Assembly: GCA_000708835.1 (NCBI GenBank)
Contig: DF237063.1
Span: 62,001-126,000 of the forward strand
DNA: 64,000 nucleotides
Origin: Klebsormidium nitens
Taxonomy: Eukaryota; Plantae; Klebsormidiophyceae
Reading direction: 5' to 3'
Made by a program: the position numbers and the translations under genes. This document shows, in pieces, positions 25,601 through 39,189 of the stretch. The notes beneath the pieces are model-generated. The model searched no databases. It saw nothing but the letters and a program-made list of their open reading frames with translations, and was not told the origin of the DNA. Numbering within the stretch: position 1 is the stretch's first letter; each line of letters starts with the position of its first letter.

Positions 25601-28600
25601 CCCTCTATCGCTCTAAAACCACCTCTTGACCATCGACGTCTGGTCTGCGAACAATGTGGTCACCGATCTGTTTGGCTGTACAATTGATTCTTATGCCGCC
25701 AATCTCTAAGCCGTCCATTATCCATCGAAGACCTCTCAAACCTGTGAGGATCCTTGGAAGGGACATGTGGACTTAAAATCCTTTTGTGGACCCCCACACC
25801 AATTGCCACTCTCTGCGTGCACCATCAGATTGACTGGTTATTATTCAAATGGTTTCGTTCGTGATTGGTCATAACACTTCTATCGAGGGTTTGAGCCCTC
25901 CAGTAAGATCGGTCGGTCATGAGTCGCCCGACGTTCCGAACACCTTCCCTAAGCGTATTCACACCTCTGTTTCCAGGGCTACGACCTCGTGTTGTGCGGC
26001 CACTCTCTGGGCGCCGAGACCGTTCGCTGTGACAGACTTTCGCAGCTGGCACCCTTCACATTTGCGCAACAATCTTCCCTGTAAAACACAGCGTCCCTGA
26101 CCGTATCACACCTCTATCTTCGGGGATACGACCTCGTGTTGTGCAGCCACGCTCCTTCTTCCGGGACTACTATCAGTATCGAAAATCCTTACACCTGAGA
26201 GAGTAGGTACTTGCAAATACGTCGCCCCTGAAAGTATTCACACCTCTGCTTTCAGGGCTACGACCTCGTGTTGTGCGGCCACTCTCTGGGCGCGGGGACC
26301 GCAGCCCTTTTGGCCATGCTTTTGCACGGGTGGAACGGCAGCGCAGACTCGCAGACCCGACTGGGGGTCCCGTCGTCCGTTATTCGGGCCGTGCTGTTTG
26401 CCGCTCCGCCAGTCGTATCGCGGCAGCTGGCGGAGGCGGCGACCAGCTTCGTCACTACGGTCGTGCTTCAGGTGAGCCACGTGGGTGTCCGTGCGGAAGT
26501 GACGTCGTCATTACATCTTCTGCTTCTCCTGGGCCTGCAGATCCGTCGCTCTTCCTGACAAGAAATGAAGACCGACCCTCTTGGGGTAAACCTCTCCAGA
26601 TCACTTGAGGCAGATAGTGCGCACCGGAGATCGGACGCCTCAAGAAGCACGTTCTCTAGCACTAGGCTCGTCAACGGAATGAAAAGCAGTTTACGCACGA
26701 AAAGGAGGCAGCAGGGAACAAGTTGGTACGGTGCAGAATTGAACGGAACTATCTGAAGCAAAACCGGACAGGTGAAACTGGGTAGATTGGAGTTTAGAAA
26801 GTTGGACGGTGAGTTCCGCTTTTTGGCGTCTTTGCCAGATGTCGCTGTTTCGCGAATGGAACACGCTGGTCTTGTTCTGAGAAGTTCTGGCTGCAGAACG
26901 GGAAGGGTGGCCGTTTCCCTGATGAGATAGAATCTTCCAGTCAATGACGTCCTTGGCCAATGAGAATGTTACTTGACTGAGGCTATCTACTTGTCCTGTC
27001 TGCTTCTTTCTCGACACAGTTCTGGTAAGAAGTCTACGCTGCCGCTTTTGGTCAAGCAGCCGCTAAGCGCTCTCGTCTTATGCGAAATTCTTTCCCGTGA
27101 GAGCAGAGAGGTTTGGCATCCCAGCAGGTACCCTGCGATACGTCGCGAGTTTCTTTTTGAAGAACTGCCAAGAAAGGGCTCCCGTTTATAACAGCAACGC
27201 GTCTCGGCAGGATGACGTTATAGCCCGCGTGTGCCCCGCCACGCTGGAGGACCTACGTGGCGAGATCCTGGCCACCGACTGGAGCCACGTGCTCAAGGAA
27301 GGCGAGATGAAGACCAAGGTCGTGGCGGCGCTTGCGTCGACACGCGACACGCTGCACCCGCACGTCAAGGCAGCGGAAAAGGCGGCAGGTGTGCAGAATT
27401 TGCTTTTGCTTAGATTGGCTATTTTTTCAGATTTCTGTTCTCTTTATGTCGGCTTGATTCTCTGACAACTTTCCGTTCGAGTGGGTGAATGATCTGAGAG
27501 AAGGGCGCTGTCGGCACTTTCACGTGATAGCGGCATAGATGGGCATCTCAATCCCAGATCACCTGCATCAGCTTTTTTGATGTTGCGCTCTCCGTCTCGC
27601 ATTGCACAATTTCTTTCAAAAGTGCTTGAAGACGTTACAAAGGTTTGGCTTCCGATGTGTTTCTTCATTTCCATTCCTGCCCGTTTCTTATGCGTCTTTG
27701 AAAAATGATTTTGGCTTTCCAGAGGTGAAGCATTTTGTGCATTTCCCTTACTGCAAGGATCCGGTAAGCGCTTGGTCGTAGCATGTCGGAAAGATGCAAC
27801 GTTGCTTGTACGCTTGTTTGTGGTATATCGTGCGAAGCCAGGAAAGATTGATGCTTTCGAGTCTTCTGCTCGCATTATTCCTCTCCTCTCTCTCTCTGGT
27901 CCCACTTTTAGTACACTGGGTTCGTGCCCTTCCTAACATGAAGGAGCGAGCATTCCATTTCCACCATTTGACCGTTTCATTTGAGAAACGGTACCAAGCT
28001 TCGGCTTTTCGCAAACTTGTTTTTTGATTTCATGTCTGGTCTTTCGTGTACCTTCCGGGACCCGCACGAAAACATCCCACCACTGTAGGGTCTTCCAGCA
28101 CCGTTCAGATCCAGGTTCTCACTTGCCCGTTCGACTCTGCGTGCAGGTCTGAAAGAGGGCGCCCTTGCGTCTGCCGGATCCTCGATCGCCAAAATCGTCT
28201 TCGCCAAGGGAGCCGCACGTGCCATCGGCCCCCGCGTGTCTAAAGGCTTCGGCTACCTCGGAACGGCGGCCGCGATTGCGGCAGCAGTGGGAGGTTCCGT
28301 GTATGACAGCATGGGTGAGGAGTTTGGAGCACCTCAAGTACTTTTGGAGGGAGCTCTGTTGGATGGTCGCCTGTAACGAGTCGAAACGCTCGTCCGTGGT
28401 TTTGCGTGAGGATATACATTTGCATCATCAAGGAAGCGGGCCTTTGAGCAACCTAACGCACAGCCTTTGCTTTTGCTTAATTGCCTAAACGGGGACAGGG
28501 GTAAAGTGCCTGAGTCGTACCGATTTGGGGAAGGGTCTGCTCCTGCTTGCGCCCGTCCATTGAAAGGAGACGTCTTCCAGTCATGAACAACATGGTCGGC

Positions 28601-29098
28601 AGCTACCCTTCTTCTGGATGGATCAGCGAAACTATGTACATTAGAACTGAGCCTGTTCAATTTTGTTTTTTGGCAGCAGCAGCAGGCGACCCCCCCCGGC
28701 AAGCGTCCGCATCAGAAGCTGGGCCGTCCGATGGTGCGACGGCGCCCGCATCCAACGGCGGAGCAGCATCCGGCGAAGTGGCCCGTTCCGGTTCCGGAGG
28801 CGCTGTTCCGGTTAGCGCCGAGGAAGCGGAACGCCGGCGGCTGTTCGTTCCGGGTTTGCAGTACCACATAGTCCGGCGGCCAGCGATAGTTGGAACGGAA
28901 AAGAAGGACGAGCGGAACGGAAAGGGGGCGGAAGAGGGGGTGGGGGAGGGGTCGGAGAAGGTACGGCACAGCTTGTTTAGGGGTGACGATCCGAGCCGAC
29001 GATTTGGGCGGATTGTGCTAACCAATACGATGCTGGCGGACCACTCGTGCCCGGCGTATGCGGAGGGTCTGCAAGATGCGCTACGGACTTGTGTTTGA
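22669..29098 (+). CDS. Lipase class 3 family protein. Exons 22669-22789, 23614-23818, 24475-24661, 25020-25238, 26256-26471, 27211-27388, 28147-28314, 28677-29098.
   Basis: Catalytic GHSLGAGTA motif plus VRGTWTATDVLTD, GYAHHGMLEAA, VVLQDDVIARV, LFVPGLQYHI and RIVLTNTMLADH. All exons are phase-compatible GT-AG. Confidence 0.9.
23395..23613 (+). repeat. Two degenerate copies of the acceptor plus 5' end of lipase exon 2
   Basis: cag(A/G)TAC(C/T)CCAACTAGAGA...CTCTGC(G/A)GTCACCACC...GGCGGTTG at about 23397 and 23503; the real exon starts at 23614. Confidence 0.9.
24101..24198 (+). repeat. Intronic minisatellite, about 37 bp x3
   Basis: ggttgttgtcacacccatacatc is repeated at about 24101, 24138 and 24175. 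Confidence 0.9.
25950..26255 (+). repeat. Two copies of the acceptor plus 5' end of the lipase catalytic exon
   Basis: gtat(t)cacacctct...GG(C/A)TACGACCTCGTGTTGTGC at 25977 and 26124; the real exon starts at 26256. Confidence 0.92.
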
Positions 29099-30280
29099 GA
29101 TAAAAGCTGACAAGACCTGTAAGTATCTGCAACTGGTGCAGTGGCGTTTGTCGATAATCAAAAATAGTTATGGAGCTAACTTGGGATTACTGACTATTCT
29201 TGCCATGCTTGAAGTTGATTGAGTCGACAGAGTTTCGTTCCAACGGCCATGTGTCCAACTGCTAATATTTCGTAACTTAGAATTCTGAAACGTGCTTACA
29301 ATTACTTGGTTGCATACGGACGGTTGGTCGAGTTCATTGATTGAACTCTCACAGCTAGTCATTCGCACATGGTCGACAATTCTGAAGGCTTGCCGTACAT
29401 TTGGAAACAAACGCGAACCCCAGGCTTAACTTGTCTGGTTGCGCGCGGCAGTCGGAAGTCAATTGGAGTATATCGTTGTCGGATAAGCGATGTTCACTTA
29501 CTGTGTAACTCGTGGCACCACCCGCCATGCGCCGGCGCCAGACAGCGGCCGGGCGGCGGGTCGTATATGCGTACACATCATCCGACATGCATGATATATG
29601 CAAGGACCGAGACTACGGGTTTGTCGCGGTGCATGATCTTGGCATGACGGTGAACATGTTATTTCATGCGGTGCCACCAAATCAGCGATGCTGCAATTTC
29701 GTGTATATACCATATGCAGTACGTACGGTTCATTAATGGCCAGCGCGATCACGGCGCTCCCTGCAATGTATTTGAGATTGCAAAAGTTACTATGGAACCT
29801 CCTTGAGTGCCGGTGGTTCGGCCGCCCGCACAATCCCGACGCATGCCCTTCTTGATCGCAACGACATTCTGCGCTCAACGAAATACGCATGTCCGCCCAC
29901 TAGTATCGGTGTGATGTCCATTTCAAATCGATCCATCTGCAGATGTTTTCTTTAATGTATATGCCGAGTTTGCAGTAATTCCCCTGTTTGTTTGGGTTAA
30001 TTATTCTCGTGCAAGCCTTCGCCGGGCTACTCCCGGTTGCTTTCGTCAGAGAGTATCTTTCCATCGAACTGAGGTCAGATCTGGGCACCGATCTGTCGTC
30101 ATGGCCTCCAAGGCGCTCGCTCCACCACATAGAGATACGTGGTCAACTCAAGATTCAACACCATACATTTTATGACTGAAATCAGACTCTGCCCGCTGCA
30201 GCTATTGATCTGTCCTCTTTCCCAAAGCATTTGAAATCTCGTGTCAAACTATCCTACAGCTTGTTTATGTGTCACACAAA

Positions 30281-30360
30281 CAGTGAAATCTCAGTCATTT
30301 CAGTGAAATTCAGTGAAATACAGTAAATTTCAGTGAATTCAGTCATTTCAGTGAAATCTC
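30281..30360 (+). repeat. Degenerate CAGTGAAAT(T/C) short tandem repeat
   Basis: About 8 imperfect units of cagtgaaat / cagtcattt. Confidence 0.85.
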
Positions 30361-30746
30361 AATCCAACGCAGTGATACCTATGGCTATTTATCTGAGTCA
30401 AAGCAATGTCCATGGCTTCGAGCGAAGCACCACTCGCTACGGAAGTCTTTGCTAAAGAAAGCAACTCAAAACTTTTCAAAAATTTGGTAGCATCTATTTC
30501 CAACCCCCTCGTGTTCGTTAGTAATCAAGTTCTTGTCCCGAGCGCCGCGTTATACGTTCGCTTGGAACTCCCTGCTTTACGTAGCAACTCTGAGCGCTTC
30601 TTCGAGATGCAGATTCCGCGTAATGGACCGCTCTCCATCACTTGAAGAACCCATCAAAAATGGATTAAAAGCAACTGGTAAAAACTAACTAGAATAAGAG
30701 CTGTTCCTCTCGTCACTGAGAGTCCAACGACCATCGGTGCTTTCGC

Positions 30747-33700
30747 TTAAAACATCGTGGCGGCAGCAATTGCCACTCCGCTGAGCGTCACAACGGCAGC
30801 GGAAAAACGCGCGCGAGCAGCTCCCCCGGTCTTCGTCCCCGCCCCGGGGGCTCCGTTTCCGTCGCCAGTCCCGGTTCCGCCCCCTCCATTTCCGGTCCCA
30901 TTCACATTCGTTCCGTTGGTTCCGTTGGTTCCGTTCGTTCCGTTGCCTGAGGTCGACGGCCCCGGGGCAGGTCCGGGCGCGAGATTCGCGGGGGGGGGCC
31001 TCGGCACGGGCGGTGGAGGGGGGGGGATGCAATATCCGAGCGTGAAGGGAGTGCTCCGGTTGTTGAGCGACGCGTCCGTGCACTTGTCGACCGGAGCGAC
31101 GGAACTGAAGAGCGTGGACGGAATGCAGCTGCAGGAAAGCCCGTCGGCCTTGAGGCACGGCGCGGCGGCCGCGCCGCACCCGCCGTTGGTCCACGACAGC
31201 ACGTCGACGCCGTTGCTGACGCCATCGATGGCGTCATGCAGGGCGAAGGCGAGGTCGGTGCCGGGGGTGTCGGCAAAAACTCCAGCGTAGACCGTTCCGT
31301 TGTTGCCGGCGGAGTCCGTCGCGAGGACGAAGGAGAACATGGACGGATCGTCGAGCGGCTGCGGAAGGAGGCGGGGAGCGTATGATTTAAGGCGTCCTTC
31401 GGCAAGAGCTTTCCGCCTCGAAAGTCTTTGGCAAAGAGATGCAGGAATGAAAGCGCAATATGTCGCTCAGCAAAGACGATGTTGTTTTGTAATCTAAAAC
31501 GACAGGAATCTTATATGCAAATCGTCATCATTTCGCAACGGACCGGCAGAATCAATCTTTTGAGTCCCTGGTACCTTTAGTAGGCACGCGAGCTCCCCAT
31601 GAGAAGGAGAGGTCTTCAAATTGGAGGTCGCAACCGATTGGATCTTTGTCTGAACGAACGGAGGGGCTCTGAAGGAGAGGTCATCGAGGCTCCGTCCGTT
31701 TGGGACCCAGAGACACAGAGCATCTGTAATTGCGACGGAGTGATCCCCACGGAAATGAATTGAAATCTAGTATGCCGGACCAGGGCTAGACTGTTGGGCT
31801 TTCAAAGAGATCACCGTTCTATAAAAAGCTCGGTTCTCCAAAGATTCTTGATCAAAACCATCTTGTGTTCTAAACGTCCCGAATTTTGCTGTCATCAGCT
31901 CATGGCCCTACCCAGATCTCTTCCAACCGTCAAACTTGAAAAGGTTGAACACCTGGATAACATCATCCCAAAGGGAAGGAAGACGTCAGGCTAAGCATAC
32001 CTTGCTAGTTGCGATCCCGTACAGCGGATTCGCCGGATCATTGGTTGCGAAGTAAATCATGCTGTCCCGCGGATAAGCGGCCATAGCCCGGAAGTTGTGG
32101 GCTGGGAGCTCGAAGAGGGGGTCGCTGGGGGAGCCGCCGGAAACAGCGCGCCTACAGCGGAAGCGGATCTCATCTTAAGATTGTCACTTTTAAATGTCGA
32201 CGATTATGAGTCACATTCATGAGAGCTTGCGGTTGAAGCTGTTCCGGAATCCAGAGCCGCCGAGAGTAGGGCGTCTATGTTGGGAGAGATTCGTTTCTTG
32301 ATATCGGAAAGAGTTGTTCGCCGAAGCACCAGTCAACTTGTAAAGTCCGAGAGCTTGCAGTGTTAGATATCTGGGAGAAAAGAGCCGTTCGAACATCGCG
32401 CCTACACCGGGAGAAAACCGTCCGTATCTTGGTATTGTCAAAGATGGGTCGAAGGTGAAAGTTCACACGGGAAAGAGTCCGAGGTTGATTCTAACGTCAA
32501 ACCGGTCAACTCCGGATATTCAGGAATAGAGAGGCAACAGATCAACCTGCGAGAGGGAGGCACTTCAAAGATCTTACGCAAGCTGGGGCAAGCTTCAGGC
32601 TGATTCAAAGATCGTTTGCATTTCTGGTGGTTCATGATTTACACCTTTTGAAGTCGAAGGAGAACAAAGGTATTGAAGCACTCGCGATTCTGCGTTTGTG
32701 CAGCATGCGGAGATGAAGAGTGCGTGACGGAGGCAAGGGTGGCCTTCGAGGGTAAAACACACTGCCAGCAATTGGAACTTTCTGCTCGGAGTTATGATTC
32801 CGCCAAACCCCCTACGTAGGAGGAGCGCCGGACGAAGCGGGTCCTCGAATAAGGGCGTCTCACGGGCAGATGCGCAGTCACGGAACCCCCCTTCAAACCT
32901 TCTTCCAAACTACGTCTGCGGATTGTCTCTCAAGTTGTCTGGCGGAAAAGGGTTTCGATGCTGCACAGACGTCTAGAAAATGGAGCGCTTACCTCGTGAC
33001 GTATCCGCGGTGCCCATTGTACGACTGATTGTACGAGCCGCCCAGTTGGTAAAACACCTGGTTGGCGTCATCGAACGTCATGCTGACGTAGTCGATGGCG
33101 CCATTGTCCCCCTGGGCGAGGGTCGACGTGGCAACCAGCGCGGGCGTATCCAGGTTCACTTCGTAGTACTGCGAACGCAGGTGGGCGCGAATACTTTGAT
33201 AGTCAGGTACTTGTTTTTTATGATAATAACTAAATCGAAATGTTCTAGTAATCAGTAAAAAGCTCAGATTTTGGATCAAGGTTGAGTTTTGGGCGGAAAG
33301 AGTCAGAATCGTTGGACCGCACTAAAAAATGCCGGTGCTTGTCGATGCATTGAACAACATGCTTAGTGGACGGTGAAGGGATTGACCTAGGGGTTAAGTC
33401 ATTCTGGGGTAAAAGTTGGTCCGGCATATATCTTTGGTTCAAGGATTTTGTTATGTCGAGGGCTTACTTTTCACGAAGCTTGGTTGACTGAATCAAAAAG
33501 TGCAAGAGGCGGAAACCAGTTGCAGGGTCTCAACCTTCGCTTGATAACCCCTTAACATGAACTCCGCTTATGTACTTGGAAGAAGCAAGAACGGAATTGA
33601 CACGGCGCCATCTCTATTCAAGTTGCGACGCTGGAGATTTCCGGAAGTTGCAGCGAAACCGTATGAGTTAAGAGAGGTTCGCAATCTTGGAAACAGGAGC

Positions 33701-36390
33701 TGTCCCTTTGCTTACAGACAAAGCATCTCCGCACTGGCCGACTGGATTTGGACGTTCACGTGTTTGGCTTTCCAAACAACAGATGGCAGAGCAACTCCAA
33801 GTTTCCAACCGATGAGCTTAGTATGGTCACGTAAGCAGAAAAAGAAACCAAACAAAGTATAGTGGCAGAGAGACAGAGCTGAAGAAGTAGAAGACAAACG
33901 GTTGGCGGAAGCAAAGGGCAGGGCGACGGCCGCATCGAGGAAGGACCAAAAAGAAACAAAGAAAAGGGGAGAAAGAAAAAGCGGGCAGGGTCCGGATTTG
34001 AGCAGCCGAGAAAAAAGGTCGGTCCAATCAGAACGGATTGGAAAAATCTCCGAACTTTGCGAATATTGCCGCAGCTCTTTAAAAGCGAACGGCTAATCTT
34101 GGCTCTAATGCTCAACGTATAGTGACTTTCAGCGGTGAGGGCTCTTCCGTTCGAGAGGTTGACACTTACGGGTCCAGATCGAAACTTTCAGACGTCTGTC
34201 ATCCTTCAAAACGAAGCGTAGTGTTGGCGACCGAAAGACGAGGGAGCGACTCATCATACATGTGACGTCAGCCCTCACCTGATTCGCCGTCACGTAGTAA
34301 CCCCGCCGTCCTGCCACGTTGAACACGACTCCGCCTTCGAAGGGGGCGGGGTTCAAGGTGAGACTGACCCCCTGAACCGGGCTGCTCGGGTCGCTGACGT
34401 CATACGTAATGACGCTCGTCCCGACACCTGCCCATAGCGTCTTCTTCACGGGGTCATAGGCTATGGTGGTAAAAGCCGCCGTGGAGCCGAGGTCGGTCGG
34501 GTTTCCGACCAGTGTCAAGGCGCCAACACCTGGAAGAAAGAGCGGGCGTTGACACTAGCTAGTCACAGGAAGGATGTGCGCCTAGATAAAGCTGGTTATT
34601 GGGTCTTTAACCAGGCCTCAACCAGTGTAGTCTGGTGGTAACAAGGTTGACCTATGCCTAACCAGGCTTGGATGGGTATCGTTTTCTCTGTGACTACGTG
34701 GAGTCGTGATCTCAGTATGTCGTGAAAGGTCTGGGCTTGCTTTTGGGCTTGCTTGAAGAAGGAGGCAAGCATATGTTGCCGTTTTCGAGCACCCTTCTAT
34801 CCTCTTTCAGATTGAGCTTTGTTGGTTCCTGGTCGACACAAGAGCTGATAGCTTCTCCACGTTGAACTTCATATTACGAAAAGGATTGTAACGCACATGA
34901 CTCACTGAAGCGGTGATGACAAAACGACGTCGCACTGATGCTCAAATAAGATTCATAAATTAATCAAAAATCGACAATTGACATCGGCAATCAACATCGG
35001 CAATCGACATCTCCGACCAAGGTGCCAATTGCGTGACACGGATACGCCCAGCCTTAATTGTCCAGATTCGATCATTCGTTGTTTCATTCTCAGCGGCCTT
35101 TTGCATTGCAGCTGCAAAGATGCATCATCTTGCTTGCCAGAGTGATGCACCGCATATCCAGACTGCAAAGCGGGAGCCTTTTTTTGGGATTCTCCCTACG
35201 TGACGTCCCCTGAAAGGCACCCCACTCACCAGTGTAGTTCAGAATCTGGAACTGCATGTTTGGCCCCGTCTTGGTCGCCATGAACGCAAGACCCCGTTCT
35301 ATGTCCAGCGCATATCGTTGCACTCGGTTGGCGGGCGTCAGGCTCAGAGAGATATCCGGACAGATGAAAACGTCGCTTGCGTTCAGGGTCAGCGACACCG
35401 GGATGCGCCAGAACTGCGCAGAAGAATCGATCGGGCTGAGGCTAATGTGGTTGCATAGCAGTAAAGCACGTTCAGGTGGTAGTCTGGTTGAAGAACCTGC
35501 TAAAGAATTTGAACGCCTTCCTGCAAACATTTGTAATCTATGCTGACTTGTTCAAAAGCTGCCTTTTGAATGATTCTGTGAGCGAGTTGCGAAAGGGAAG
35601 CCCTACAGCTGGGTTCACACGGCTTAAGGTCGTAAGATGCGCGCCGAAATGCAATACGGAAGGCCTTTCAGTTGCTAGACTTAGTTCGTCTCAGCTCACC
35701 CAAGCAACATATGCATCAATCACACGAAAACTATGTTAGAAGTATGAGCTTTCATGCAGCTACATCTGGCTGCCAATCTCTCTTGGACGATGACAATTTT
35801 AGCAGAGTCCTTATAGCCTACTGCATTGCCATGAGCTTGACACAGTCTGCACATGGTGATAGGTCAGACTGTATTGTTTGCGCATCTGTTGCTGGACAAG
35901 CCTGCGGCTTCCCGGCTTATACATCACTTGCTCAGATTCCCTACTCGTTTTTTTTCTGGCAGGGCTAAAGCTGCGCCTTTCTCCCAGATCAACGAAAAAG
36001 CATGCAGGGAGTCGCAAGCAGATCAGCAGGGACAAGACAGAGAAGGGCGGGTTCTGTGGGGCAGCTAAGGTGCTCAGAAAACTTGAAGGTCTAGAACTAT
36101 TTTAGAAGAGGAAAAGACAACAAGCTTCAATGGATGTTGTCAAATTTGCAGACCTGGGTGTCTATAGCAGCCAGAAGGAACCCCCTGCTCTCATCGAGTC
36201 TGACATCCCCATAAAAGCCCGAGCGATCATGGAACTGCAAGTCTGAGAGGATTGTCAACGTATCAGCGTCGCCCCCCTGGCACCCTGGAAAAGCGTCCGC
36301 AGTTTGCAGGCCCAGAGCCAGGATTAAAAGGCAGCTGAGCAGGGTTTTGACATGCGGCGCAGAAGGCTGGCTGACGAGGAATGACGCCAT
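30747..36390 (-). CDS. Orphan secreted, probably GPI-anchored glycoprotein of about 536 aa. Exons 36154-36390, 35230-35413, 34279-34529, 32993-33168, 32001-32151, 30747-31358.
   Basis: Signal peptide (LLSCLLILALGLQTADA), a beta-strand-rich ectodomain, a Cys-rich patch, a poly-Pro hinge, NGT/G-rich repeats and a hydrophobic C-terminus with no cytosolic tail. Six exons join in phase. Confidence 0.8.
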
Positions 36391-36867
36391 GATGAGGTCA
36401 GCGACAAGAAAGGGCGTCGATGAGACTCATCAAATGTGTGATCACAGACACACAACCTTAAGGACGATTCAGTTGCCGAAGCCGGAGCTTAATGGACCCT
36501 TGAACTCTTGGGCCAGACTTTGGCGCATGCAAAGTCGTCGAGCAGATTGGGTTTTTTTCTGCGACGCCAGGTGTGGTGCCTTGAGGAGTACTTTAACTTT
36601 AGATCCGATGGTTGTGGCATGCAATTCCTTTGCGGTTTGGCAGGTGTGTTCAGCTCAGTGGCAGCTTCCACTTTCACTGCAGAAGTTTGGACTCAACGTC
36701 GGCCTAGCTTAGCTGGTGGTCTGGACTTGCTTCTGACGCCGATTAATAAAGACTTTTACATTCTTGAGCTTAATTCGAGACGACGGGCCGCCTTGAACCT
36801 CAAGAGTGGGTCAGCTGCTGCTGCCATGCGCCGGAACTCGGAACTTCCGAGTCGGAACCCCTCTTCA

Positions 36868-37794
36868 NNNNNNNNNNNNNNNNNNNNNNNNNNNNNNNNN
36901 NNNNNNNNNNNNNNNNNNNNNNNNNNNNNNNNNNNNNNNNNNNNNNNNNNNNNNNNNNNNNNNNNNNNNNNNNNNNNNNNNNNNNNNNNNNNNNNNNNNN
37001 NNNNNNNNNNNNNNNNNNNNNNNNNNNNNNNNNNNNNNNNNNNNNNNNNNNNNNNNNNNNNNNNNNNNNNNNNNNNNNNNNNNNNNNNNNNNNNNNNNNN
37101 NNNNNNNNNNNNNNNNNNNNNNNNNNNNNNNNNNNNNNNNNNNNNNNNNNNNNNNNNNNNNNNNNNNNNNNNNNNNNNNNNNNNNNNNNNNNNNNNNNNN
37201 NNNNNNNNNNNNNNNNNNNNNNNNNNNNNNNNNNNNNNNNNNNNNNNNNNNNNNNNNNNNNNNNNNNNNNNNNNNNNNNNNNNNNNNNNNNNNNNNNNNN
37301 NNNNNNNNNNNNNNNNNNNNNNNNNNNNNNNNNNNNNNNNNNNNNNNNNNNNNNNNNNNNNNNNNNNNNNNNNNNNNNNNNNNNNNNNNNNNNNNNNNNN
37401 NNNNNNNNNNNNNNNNNNNNNNNNNNNNNNNNNNNNNNNNNNNNNNNNNNNNNNNNNNNNNNNNNNNNNNNNNNNNNNNNNNNNNNNNNNNNNNNNNNNN
37501 NNNNNNNNNNNNNNNNNNNNNNNNNNNNNNNNNNNNNNNNNNNNNNNNNNNNNNNNNNNNNNNNNNNNNNNNNNNNNNNNNNNNNNNNNNNNNNNNNNNN
37601 NNNNNNNNNNNNNNNNNNNNNNNNNNNNNNNNNNNNNNNNNNNNNNNNNNNNNNNNNNNNNNNNNNNNNNNNNNNNNNNNNNNNNNNNNNNNNNNNNNNN
37701 NNNNNNNNNNNNNNNNNNNNNNNNNNNNNNNNNNNNNNNNNNNNNNNNNNNNNNNNNNNNNNNNNNNNNNNNNNNNNNNNNNNNNNNNNNNNNN
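36868..37794. other. Assembly gap (927 N)
   Basis: Run of N characters. Confidence 1.
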
Positions 37795-39189
37795 GATATT
37801 TGATATCTATCATGTTGGCGGGAAGGATCGTCAAGTCTACTGAAGCTTAAAGGGGATTGGAATCCGGGGTTGATTAGGCGAGCGCCCCCGGACATTTCCA
37901 AAATGCAATGTGGTTGAGATCGACGGTTTTAAGTGGACATTGAAATCATCGAACGGCTTGTGACTCCGGGATGTATGACCTGATTATGCCGGTCCGATCC
38001 GACGGACGGCGGGCGGCGGCCGGTTGGATGATGGGACGGTCGGATTGCTCCTGTGACGGTCGGACTCATACCGTCACCGTTGGTTGATTGGTTCTGCTTG
38101 TTCAAAGATGTATACTAGCTATCAGATGATTGATACTTAGCGGGCCACCACAATGTATACTCAGGCTACTTCGACATCTTTGCCAGATCGGATCACTTCA
38201 AAGCCGTCCCCGTGCGCCGTTACTGTTTGATTGTGGGGGAGAGTCAGCAGGCAAGCACATGTTGATGAGGGCTTACAATCTGCACCAAGTCGCGATCGCA
38301 GGCTGGCGCGCGCAAGCATACCAAGGTTCATCATAGGCTCGCAAGGCAGTGAGGCCAGGAGCTTCCAAATCGTAGAGTTTGACAGCCTGCCTGCTTCTGA
38401 TTGATGAAATTGAGCAACAAGCTTTCAAAACAAGGGGGAAACAAGGTAGTTGATATCAGAATGCCGAGTCGTGTCCAACGTTTGCATCATTAGTGCTAAA
38501 TCACCGAACACCTCAATTCGGTATTCTCTTCTTGATGATCTAGGTATGCCGATCTTTAGGATACTAGTATCCCCTTGACGATGCGTGCAGATTACTACCC
38601 GAGTGAAACTTATGCGACAACATGATCTACCTTAATGACAAATTTGTTTATACAGGAGTCTGGGTTATTCTACATCCTTGTTGACTGGTTTGGTTCGCTT
38701 GTTGATTGCTTCTAAGCGACCGTTGGGAGATCCAAGCCAACTTCAAACTAATACGCAAAATATGTCTAGGTCAAGAGGTTGATACCTTTGTTTAGACCTA
38801 GATTGTTCGGTCGCTTCTTGCGTCCTTGATACGCCCGGCTCATCGCTATCTGAACCAATTGCAAGCTTAGAAAACAAAAGGGAAGCAAATCTCGTCAGCA
38901 GCAGGCTCCAGTGACGAACAGACATGACTTTAGCCGGGTGCTTATAGAGGCACACCCAACAAACTCTATCGTATGCTTAACTGATATACCTAGTGCAGTA
39001 ATCTAGTATACGTCCGTTTGATATCGCTCAGTCAAACCGGGTCACCTGATGAGGAACCCTGATTTCCAACAGTCAACACAACGCCGTACCTCCCGATACC
39101 TCCCCAATTCGGACCGTCAACGCATCTGCGCTTGAGTTACTTCGTGCAGCCATTTGTTGAGAGCTTATACGACAGCTTAGCGGTATATG

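Noticed and set aside
30757-31405. Overlapping ORFs 30757-31290 (+), 30685-31194 (-) and 30902-31405 (-)
   Set aside because: Alternate-frame or antisense shadows of the GC-rich last exon of the GPI protein.
36508-37901. Four long ORFs of 344-431 aa in the ORF track
   Set aside because: Artefacts of translation through the N gap.
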